Positions 37,751 through 45,161 of a stretch of DNA of 64,000 nucleotides are shown here, in pieces. This DNA is from Candidatus Zixiibacteriota bacterium. GTDB taxonomy: Bacteria > Zixibacteria > MSB-5A5 > WJJR01 > JAJRUJ01. Within the stretch, counting starts at the first letter, position 1. Each line of letters opens with the position of its first letter. The translations under genes and the position numbers were made by a program. The notes under the pieces are model-generated. The model saw nothing but the letters and a program-made list of their open reading frames with translations. It ran no database searches and was not told where the DNA came from. Where the stretch lies: positions 17,568-81,567 of the forward strand of contig JAJRUJ010000024.1 of assembly GCA_024277855.1 (NCBI GenBank). The letters are read 5' to 3'.

Positions 37751-38305
37751 CTACTTACCAAAAACCGCGGAAATGCCGCGCTTGATTTCGGGCCGGTCGA
37801 GGAGGGTGAAACCGGCGGCCTGGGTGATCTTGACAGTTGTCTCAAAAGCATCCGGTTTGACATGGTCCGTCGGTTCGGAGACCAGGAGACGGCCGTCGGG
37901 TTTGAGGGCACGATACAGATCGGCCATTAATCCGACCGGGTCGGGGATTTCATGGACGACGGCGAAGGCCAGGGTAAAATCAATTTGACCAGCGAGATCA
38001 TCGATGCCAAGTGAGTCGGCCGGGCAAATACGGGTTTCTATCCGCTCAGTCAGGCCTCTGCGCCTGGCGCGACGAAGGAGTGACTTGATCATGCGTTCCT
38101 GCAGGTCGACGGCGATAACTTTGCCGCTGTCGCCGACCATCCGGGCCAACGGCAGGGTGAAAAATCCCATCGCGCAACCGACATCAAGGACACTCATCCC
38201 CGGTTGAACATATGGCGCGAGGATTATTTCGGGTTTTTGCCTGAGCCGCCGCAGCGGACTCGCCAGCCAATACCCCACCCACCAGGGACAGACATGATCG
38301 GACAT
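37751..38305 (-). CDS. Class I SAM-dependent methyltransferase
   Basis: Motif I VLDVGCAMG, post-I acidic residue, motif II/III pattern. 184 aa. Confidence 0.7.
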   Translation of the reverse strand: MSDHVCPWWVGYWLASPLRRLRQKPEIILAPYVQPGMSVLDVGCAMGFFTLPLARMVGDSGKVIAVDLQERMIKSLLRRARRRGLTERIETRICPADSLGIDDLAGQIDFTLAFAVVHEIPDPVGLMADLYRALKPDGRLLVSEPTDHVKPDAFETTVKITQAAGFTLLDRPEIKRGISAVFGK

Positions 38306-38390
38306 CGTGTTCCTTTCTCATGCTCCATCTTGCGCGCTTTAACATATTAATGCTTCAAGTCGGCCAAAGGCACATTATTTCTTCTATAAC

Positions 38391-38420
38391 CCCAACAAAA
38401 GAAGGTGGGCAGCGCCCACC
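38391..38420 (-). terminator. Rho-independent terminator after the PEPCK-like gene
   Basis: GGTGGGC-agc-GCCCACC perfect 7-bp stem, followed on the minus strand by TTCTTTTGTTGG. Confidence 0.5.
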
Positions 38421-38473
38421 CTACTACCACAATTTATTAATCCCAGAATCCAGAAGAAACACAAGTACGCTTG

Positions 38474-40330
38474 TCAGCCATACCGCCAGCCGCGGTCGCG
38501 GGAGAGACGGGCGTTAGGTTTCCAGTCGGTGAGTTTGGTCGGGCTGGATTCTTTTTTGGGCGGTGGTTCGTCGGCTTTTTTAATTCCCGACATAAAGACT
38601 TTTGTCTGTTTTTCCGGCGCGATCGAATATGACTGCTCGGCCGCCCGGATGATCTCGGGCGCCAGGCCCTCTTCGGCGACTTTTTCGGTGAACTTGCGGC
38701 GGCCATCGACGATATCGCGAAGATAATTATCGATCTGGTTTTTCGAATAATATTTTTCGGGGACGTAGGTCGAGAGGTCGGTACCCTCGGCGGCGGTGAT
38801 TTCTTCGGTGCCGAACAAACTGGCGCGATACTGGTTGGTGCCGCGCAGGTCGCCGCGCTGGATTGCCGCCATCGTGTTGATCGGCACGCGTTCGGTCTTG
38901 CGCACCATTGTCTTATTGCCGTCGGGCGTTTTCTCGATAATTTCGCCCATCCCCCCGGTGTTATACTGATAGAAATGCACCTTGCCGGGATAGTTGGCGA
39001 CCAGGTCCATGATGATTTTATAAAAATGGTTCACCTTGTGGGCCCGGGAACCGACGATGAACGGGTCGGTGCCAACCGTGCGCACCGATTCGCCCGCCTT
39101 GGCCGGGTTGGAGGCATAACTGTGGCTCGATTCGCCCCAAAGATAGGCCAGCGTCGCCTGAATCGGGTTAAGCCGCTGGGAGAAGGTCATGATGGTATTC
39201 CGCCGGGTGATGAAAGCGAAAACCAGCCCGTCAAGTTCATCCAGCGGCGGCAGGTTGAGCGACGGATACCAAATGTCTTTCATCGAAAACGGGCCGCGGC
39301 CATGTTTGATTTTCAGCCGCTTGCGCGCGATCACCGCCCGGCCGTTGCCGCAAAGATTCTCATCGAGAAAATCGGGTGTGCCGTCGGCGCGAATCATCAC
39401 ATTTTCAAATAACGCGCTTTTGTGCACCAGCGAGTTATACATCGCCTCCTGCAGCTGGGGATCGACATCGGTCTTGACGAAATAATTAAACTCCGAACCA
39501 TAGGCCGAACCGTCGCTCTTGAGGAAACAGATATCATCCTGGCGAACATACGTGCGTTCGCCTTGCGACCAATCAAGTCCCAACTGGTGGCAGGACCAGG
39601 TGCTCTTGCCGGTGGCGGAAAGTCCGAACAGGAAAACACCGTATCTTTTCAACCTGTTCGTCTTCGGGTCGCGGGTGATCACGACTTTGGTGCCCGCATG
39701 CAAACCAAGCATCCCCAGCACATCGGCCGAATACATCCCCTGCCGGAGAAAACCCTTCTTGTCCTCGCCCATATAATCCGAACCGAGAACGATATTGAGT
39801 TTGTGCCCGGGCAACGCCAGCACCTGCTGGCGAATCTGATGTTCTTCCGGGATATGGATCAGCGTAAATTCCGGTCCCGGGGCTTTGGTTGCCGGCCCCA
39901 TAGTATTGCCCCACATGTAGGCCAGCCGGTGGTTTTTCAAATCGGCAACCGACATGTAGAGATTGCATTTGGGATTGTACCCGTCGTTCTCACCCATTTG
40001 CCGCCGGAGACGCACAAACGGCAGCGTTTCCATCAGGTGCAAAACTTTGTCGAGTTCATCGGGAGCCGAGGAGATGATCTTGCGTTTTTGTTCGCTCAGG
40101 TGAAATTCGCGGACTTTCTCCTCGCCGAGATAACAGGTCTTACCGCCGATCAGGCTGGAGACCGCCGAACGCCAGCCCCAGGAACCAAACTTGGTCTGTA
40201 TTCCGGTTTGCAGCGCAGGTTCACGCAAATCTTCGAGGGTGACGTCTTTGATATTCGGCCCGTTTAACCGGCGTTGAAGATCACGGTAAAACCGGTTGTA
40301 AAATTCGACATGGTACGGCGAGTCGGACAT
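38474..40330 (-). CDS. Phosphoenolpyruvate carboxykinase (ATP)-like protein, divergent 618-aa member
   Basis: Collinear ATP-PEPCK motifs: GSDYMGEDKKG (compare GSWYGGEMKKG), P-loop LFGLSATGKST (compare FFGLSGTGKTT), VRQDDICF (compare IGDDEHGW), YQYNTGGMG (compare NTGW). Length and several substitutions are atypical. Confidence 0.6.
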   Translation of the reverse strand: MSDSPYHVEFYNRFYRDLQRRLNGPNIKDVTLEDLREPALQTGIQTKFGSWGWRSAVSSLIGGKTCYLGEEKVREFHLSEQKRKIISSAPDELDKVLHLMETLPFVRLRRQMGENDGYNPKCNLYMSVADLKNHRLAYMWGNTMGPATKAPGPEFTLIHIPEEHQIRQQVLALPGHKLNIVLGSDYMGEDKKGFLRQGMYSADVLGMLGLHAGTKVVITRDPKTNRLKRYGVFLFGLSATGKSTWSCHQLGLDWSQGERTYVRQDDICFLKSDGSAYGSEFNYFVKTDVDPQLQEAMYNSLVHKSALFENVMIRADGTPDFLDENLCGNGRAVIARKRLKIKHGRGPFSMKDIWYPSLNLPPLDELDGLVFAFITRRNTIMTFSQRLNPIQATLAYLWGESSHSYASNPAKAGESVRTVGTDPFIVGSRAHKVNHFYKIIMDLVANYPGKVHFYQYNTGGMGEIIEKTPDGNKTMVRKTERVPINTMAAIQRGDLRGTNQYRASLFGTEEITAAEGTDLSTYVPEKYYSKNQIDNYLRDIVDGRRKFTEKVAEEGLAPEIIRAAEQSYSIAPEKQTKVFMSGIKKADEPPPKKESSPTKLTDWKPNARLSRDRGWRYG

Positions 40331-40336
40331 TACCTG

Positions 40337-40759
40337 TTATTCCCTGGGTAAAATTTCATCTTCGCGGAAAAAGAAGCTGACTTCGATTTTGGCATTTGCC
40401 GCCGAGTCAGAACCGTGCACAACGTTTTTTTCGATTGATGTCGCATATTCACGGCGGATCGTATTGTATTTCGCCCTGGCCGGATCGGTAGCGCCCATCA
40501 ACTCCCGCCACTTTTCGATTGAACCGTGCCCGCCAATGACCAACGCGACAATCGGCCCGGAGGTCATAAACTCGACCAGTGAATGGAAAAACGGTTTGTC
40601 CTCGTGGACGGCATAAAATTTTTCGGCTCGTTCAGGGGTGAGCTGTAAAATTTTCAGCCCCCGAATAACCAGCCCGGATTGTTCGATTTTGGAAATTACC
40701 CGGCCGACCAGTTTGCGCCGGACGCCGTCCGGCTTAATGATCCCCAGCGTATTTGCCAC
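40337..40759 (-). CDS. ndk: Nucleoside diphosphate kinase
   Basis: Full-length NDK: GIIKPDG, NVVHGSDS active-site His region. GTG start with AAGGAG ribosome-binding site overlapping the upstream stop. Confidence 0.95.
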   Translation of the reverse strand: MANTLGIIKPDGVRRKLVGRVISKIEQSGLVIRGLKILQLTPERAEKFYAVHEDKPFFHSLVEFMTSGPIVALVIGGHGSIEKWRELMGATDPARAKYNTIRREYATSIEKNVVHGSDSAANAKIEVSFFFREDEILPRE

Positions 40760-40768
40760 ACCTGCTCC

Positions 40769-43114
40769 TTAACTGATTAATTCCTTAATGCGCGCTTTAA
40801 GCGCCTCGGGCGGGATCGCCGCAACATTGACTTTATACGCCTTGGCCACCCGGAAAAGCTGATGAAAATTTCGCCGTTGCAAGTCTTCGCCATCCGCCGA
40901 CGAATCGAATAAATATGGATTAAAAAACGGCTGCTGATAGTAAGGCGACATTCCTGCGCCGTCGGGCAGCCGGTATTTGCCCTCGGTGATATACTCCAGC
41001 GCATCTTCGGCCTCAAGTTTGTCCACAGCCGGGGCGTGGGGATCGTAGCCGAGTATTGCGACTGCGTGTATTTTTGAGCGTTTCACATATCCCGCCGGGC
41101 CGCCGATCCAGGCCGGGTCGACCAAGGCCCGCGAGTCTGTCGATCCCCAGTAGCAATAGGGTTCACCCAGGTCGAGCGGATTTTCTTCATCGGCCAGCGC
41201 CATGTTCGTCCAGTCGGCGCGGGTGGCTACGACATTTTCACACTTGCTTCGATCAAAAATCCGGGCATAGCGGGGGAACTCACGCACCATGGCAGTCTTC
41301 AGATAGAATTTTCGTTCCGGCGCATCGGCAATCGCCTCATTGCCCCGGTAGCGGACAAAGACCCAGTCGTTTGAGACAAAGCGGACATCATCATCCTCAA
41401 GGAACCGGGTGAAAAGTGAACCCCGTTTGGTGCCTTTTGGCCCGATCAACGCCAGTCCCCTGCCACCACAATCAACGCATGCGGCACGGAGACCGTGGAC
41501 ATCCAACAGCCGTTCGGAGGCCTGCGCCACCATCGCCAGCGCCCAACTGCGCACCTGGCCGTAGTAGGAGGTGTTAAACAAAATTGCCGTTTTCATTTCC
41601 GGACAGTAATAACCAAACGGCGTCCGGCCGGCAACCCCGTCGACCGCATAGATGATCGCGTGCGGTTCGAGGTCCGATTCAAGCTGTGCCGGATACCAGT
41701 TTTCGACCCAGAAATCATACAGGTGCGGGACATTGGTGCGCAACTGGACGATGATCCCGTTGATATTGGCATTCCATTCGAAATAGCGGTCGAACGGGAG
41801 CGCGGCCTCGGCCTGCTGAACCAGCGCGTCGCGTTCGTCAACAGAAATTTCGGTTTCGGCCTCGGTCATCCCGCGCGGATGAGTCATCACATTCTGCAAG
41901 GCCACCTGTTTGTATCTCGGCGATTCTTTCAACCGGGCCATGGCCTCGATGATCCGGTCGGTACCTTCCTCGATTTTCTCCATCGAGGTGGCATACGAAA
42001 TCCGGATGTTTTCATCGGCGCCGAAAGCACTGCCGGGCACCAGGGCGACTGCCGCCTCACGCAGGAGATAATAGGCCAGCGCGTAAGAATTGCGGATTTT
42101 CATCCCGTGATATTCAGTGTGATAATATTCAGCAGTGTTGGGCAACAGGTAGAACGCGCCCTGCGGCTGGTGACAGGAGATTCCCGGGATGCGAGTGAGC
42201 TTATTGAGCATATAATTACGCCGCGTCTGAAATTCCTGCCGCATCCGGTTGACTGCCGATTGGTCGCCGGTAAACGCCTCGACCGCCGCTTTCTGAGCGA
42301 TCGAGTTGGCGTTCGACGTTGTGTGCGACTGGATGATACTCATCGCCGCGACAAGGTCACGCGGTCCGGCGGCATACCCGATCCGCCAACCGGTCATCGC
42401 ATAGGCCTTGGAAACCCCATTGATGATCACCGCTTTGGCTTTAATCTTCTCGGAAAGAGCGGCGACCGAACAGAAACGAAAATCGTCATAGACGACTTTC
42501 TCATAAATCTCATCGGCGATAATCAGCAGTCCCTCGTCCACCGCGATCTCGCAAATTTCATGTAATTGGTCGCGGGTATAGGCCGACCCGGTCGGATTCG
42601 AGGGGTTGTTAATGACAATGGCCTTGGTGTTGAAACTGATATTGGCTTTTAACTGGTCGGGCGTAAGACGAAAACCGTTATCCTCCCGCGTGGGAACAAT
42701 CACCGGTTTGCCTTTGACCATCAATACCTGCTGCGGATACGACACCCAGTAAGGGGCGGGAATAATAACCTCTTCATTTTTGTTGATGGTCGCCAGAAAA
42801 AGATTGGCTATGCTCTGTTTGGCCCCGGAAGAGACAATGATCTCTTTGGCGTCGTACTCCACGCCATGATCTTCCCGCAACCGGGTCTGGATTGCCGCTT
42901 TCAGTTCGGGGATACCTTCGTTGCCGGTGTAGCGGGTGAAGTTATCGTCGATTGCCTGTTTGCCGGCGTTTTTGATATGTTCCGGGGTATGAAAATCCGG
43001 TTCACCGACAGAGAAATCGATAACGTCGATTCCCTCGGCTTTCATCGCCCGTGCCTTGGCGCTGATGCGCAGGGTGGGTGAAAGTTCCAGCCGTCCGATC
43101 CTGTTGGAAATCAT
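40769..43114 (-). CDS. Fusion protein: class-I aspartate aminotransferase (about 400 aa) + C-terminal HprK/PEPCK-like P-loop domain (about 380 aa)
   Basis: N-terminal half: GEPDF, NPSNPTG, SKAYAMTGWRIGY (PLP-Lys) of AspAT. C-terminal half: GRGLALIGPKGTKRGSL (degenerate Walker A) then FLEDDDVRFVSNDWV, paralleling HprK GDSGVGKSE...ADDRV and PEPCK GLSGTGKT...IGDDEH. Single uninterrupted ORF. Confidence 0.7.
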   Translation of the reverse strand: MISNRIGRLELSPTLRISAKARAMKAEGIDVIDFSVGEPDFHTPEHIKNAGKQAIDDNFTRYTGNEGIPELKAAIQTRLREDHGVEYDAKEIIVSSGAKQSIANLFLATINKNEEVIIPAPYWVSYPQQVLMVKGKPVIVPTREDNGFRLTPDQLKANISFNTKAIVINNPSNPTGSAYTRDQLHEICEIAVDEGLLIIADEIYEKVVYDDFRFCSVAALSEKIKAKAVIINGVSKAYAMTGWRIGYAAGPRDLVAAMSIIQSHTTSNANSIAQKAAVEAFTGDQSAVNRMRQEFQTRRNYMLNKLTRIPGISCHQPQGAFYLLPNTAEYYHTEYHGMKIRNSYALAYYLLREAAVALVPGSAFGADENIRISYATSMEKIEEGTDRIIEAMARLKESPRYKQVALQNVMTHPRGMTEAETEISVDERDALVQQAEAALPFDRYFEWNANINGIIVQLRTNVPHLYDFWVENWYPAQLESDLEPHAIIYAVDGVAGRTPFGYYCPEMKTAILFNTSYYGQVRSWALAMVAQASERLLDVHGLRAACVDCGGRGLALIGPKGTKRGSLFTRFLEDDDVRFVSNDWVFVRYRGNEAIADAPERKFYLKTAMVREFPRYARIFDRSKCENVVATRADWTNMALADEENPLDLGEPYCYWGSTDSRALVDPAWIGGPAGYVKRSKIHAVAILGYDPHAPAVDKLEAEDALEYITEGKYRLPDGAGMSPYYQQPFFNPYLFDSSADGEDLQRRNFHQLFRVAKAYKVNVAAIPPEALKARIKELIS

Positions 43115-43117
43115 GGG

Positions 43118-44500
43118 CTATTCTCCGCTCGGCGTACCGGACTGGTCTGGTTTCTCATCAGACAATTTCTGCACCCAGGCCTCGAGGTCGAACCCGGAAA
43201 GCGATTTGACAACCGTCGGCAGTTGACCCATCATCGAGGCCAATTCACCGGTAATTTTGGATGTTCCCAATTTGCCGTCGTTGGAAACCATGACGATTTT
43301 ATCGACCTGGGAAATCGGCGCGGCCATTTCACGGGCAAGGTCGGGGAGTTTCTCAAAGATCATTTGCAACAGGGCCGGCTGAGAGCAGGAATTCCAGGAT
43401 TCCGCTTTTTTGCGCAATGCCCCCGCCTCGGCTTCACCGACTTTTTCGACCAATTCGGCCTCGATCAACCCCTGAACCCGCTTGGCCTCGGCCATTCCAC
43501 GAGCTTCGGCTTCAAGCCGGAATCGTTCAGCTTCGGCCGGTTTGCGGACGGTGGCTTCCAGTTCCTGTTCAACCCGCTCAATTTCTTTTTTCTCCAGCGC
43601 GATCGCAGTGTCTTTTTCGATGAGCTTGACTTTACTCTCTTCGGCTTTCAAATCCTGATTGAGTTTGTGCCGCTCGAGTTCGTAAGAGAAATCGGCGTCG
43701 GCTTTCTTGCGATTCAGATCGGCTTGCAATTCGGCCTTTTCCAGATCGAGCGACTGGTTGGCGCGCGCGACTTCGGTATCGGCCTGAATTTTGGCAATGT
43801 CCCCTTCTTTCTTGGCTTCGGCCGACTTGATAATCGCATCGCGGGCGGCCTCGGCTTCGGCCACTTCAGCATCACGGCGCGCCTCGACAATCCGCGGCTT
43901 CCCGAGAGCTTCAAGGTATCCTGAGGGGTCGGTGATTCTATTTAAATTGAAAGAAAGTAAATTGAGTCCCATGTTCTGAAAATATGCGCCGACATCTTCG
44001 AAGACTTTCGCCGTAAAACCTTTACGATTTTTGTTGATCGAATCGAGGTTCATCGTGCCGATCAGGGCACGAGTGGAGCCTTCCAGTGTCCGGAGGGCCA
44101 CGTCACGAATGTCAGTAAGTTGTTTGCCCAAAAATTGCTCGGCGGCCAGGTGAATCGAGGCCTCATCACCGGCAATTTTAATTTCGGCCGTTCCCCGCAC
44201 CGTGCAACGGATACCGTTGGTCGAGATGGCATCCTCGACCTGGATCTCCATCGGAACAATCTCCAGCGGCAGGGTCTGCGCCTGCTCGGTGAACGGATTG
44301 ACAAAAGTGCTCCCGCCAATCCGGTAACGGTACCCCACCTGTCTGCTGGAACCATCGGGCAGAGTAATCGTGCGCTTCTTGCCCCCCGAAACGATCAAGG
44401 CCTCGTTCGGACCGACTTTGTGGTAATTTTTCAAAACAAAGACGATAATTGCCGCAATCAGAAGCACTGCGGCAATGGCAACATAGACTAAGGAACTCAC
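43118..44500 (-). CDS. Flotillin-family SPFH/band-7 protein
   Basis: N-terminal TM helix then VGPNEALIVSGG, long EA-rich coiled coil, C-terminal flotillin region. Start reassigned to in-frame GTG at 44500 (MSSLVYVAIAAV...) 7 nt after GAAGGAGAG; track start is 44548. Confidence 0.8.
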   Translation of the reverse strand: MSSLVYVAIAAVLLIAAIIVFVLKNYHKVGPNEALIVSGGKKRTITLPDGSSRQVGYRYRIGGSTFVNPFTEQAQTLPLEIVPMEIQVEDAISTNGIRCTVRGTAEIKIAGDEASIHLAAEQFLGKQLTDIRDVALRTLEGSTRALIGTMNLDSINKNRKGFTAKVFEDVGAYFQNMGLNLLSFNLNRITDPSGYLEALGKPRIVEARRDAEVAEAEAARDAIIKSAEAKKEGDIAKIQADTEVARANQSLDLEKAELQADLNRKKADADFSYELERHKLNQDLKAEESKVKLIEKDTAIALEKKEIERVEQELEATVRKPAEAERFRLEAEARGMAEAKRVQGLIEAELVEKVGEAEAGALRKKAESWNSCSQPALLQMIFEKLPDLAREMAAPISQVDKIVMVSNDGKLGTSKITGELASMMGQLPTVVKSLSGFDLEAWVQKLSDEKPDQSGTPSGE

Positions 44501-44885
44501 GATTAGACTCTCCTTCAGAATAATTAAGAGGCGACATTTCCCAGCCACCGGAAACTATTTTTCACTATAATAATAGACCTATTTCCGGAGAAAAGTCAAC
44601 CGCTCTCTGTCAGAATCTTTGTGAAGTATTTAGCTAAATAGCGGATATTTTTAAATTAATCAAATTACAGAGTCCGGGGTCTTCCCGGGATCGCTCCAAG
44701 GACAAAAGGAATTTATAACCGACTATATCACAATAAAATAATACACTATTCAACATTATCACAACCCACCGTAATTATCTATTAACTTAACATAATACTG
44801 CGTAATCGACTTAATCGCAACCAATTAAGAGCCGATACAATATTTTGCGAGAGGTTTGGGCGGGCATATCAGAAAACTATGACAA

Positions 44886-44907
44886 TTATGTGATCATAAT
44901 CACATAA
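44886..44907. promoter_or_regulatory. Perfect 9-bp inverted repeat TTATGTGAT-cata-ATCACATAA in the AT-rich region upstream of the flotillin operon; candidate operator
   Basis: Read directly. Lies in a 610-nt AT-rich non-coding stretch (44501-45161). Confidence 0.25.
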
Positions 44908-45100
44908 TCCCCTTGGCCAGCCTATCGAATCATGTTGATTTGGACGGTTTGGGATATCCGACATGAATCGCCGATTCAAACCAACGATCTTCTGTCGGAT
45001 CCAACGGGCCCCAACTGCTATTTTATTGAGAATAAAAAGGTTGGCCGGAGCGAGACAGTTTGAGTGTGAATCACCGGGATCACTTCGTGTCCGGGAAGGC

Positions 45101-45142
45101 AAAAAAAAACGCCGGACGAACCTGGCGCCCGGCGATTTTTTT
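45101..45142 (-). terminator. Bidirectional rho-independent terminator just downstream of the transketolase-family gene
   Basis: AAAAAAAAA-CGCCGG-(13 nt)-CCGGCG-ATTTTTTT: GC stem flanked by an A-run and a T-run. Confidence 0.6.
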
Positions 45143-45161
45143 ATTTCGGTGAGTGAATCGC

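Noticed and set aside
43118-44548. GTG start at 44548 for the flotillin gene (N-terminus MAGKCRLLIILKES...)
   Set aside because: The codons LKES in that extension are actually the GAAGGAGAG ribosome-binding site. The in-frame GTG at 44500 gives the canonical flotillin N-terminal TM helix followed by VGPNEALIVSGG.
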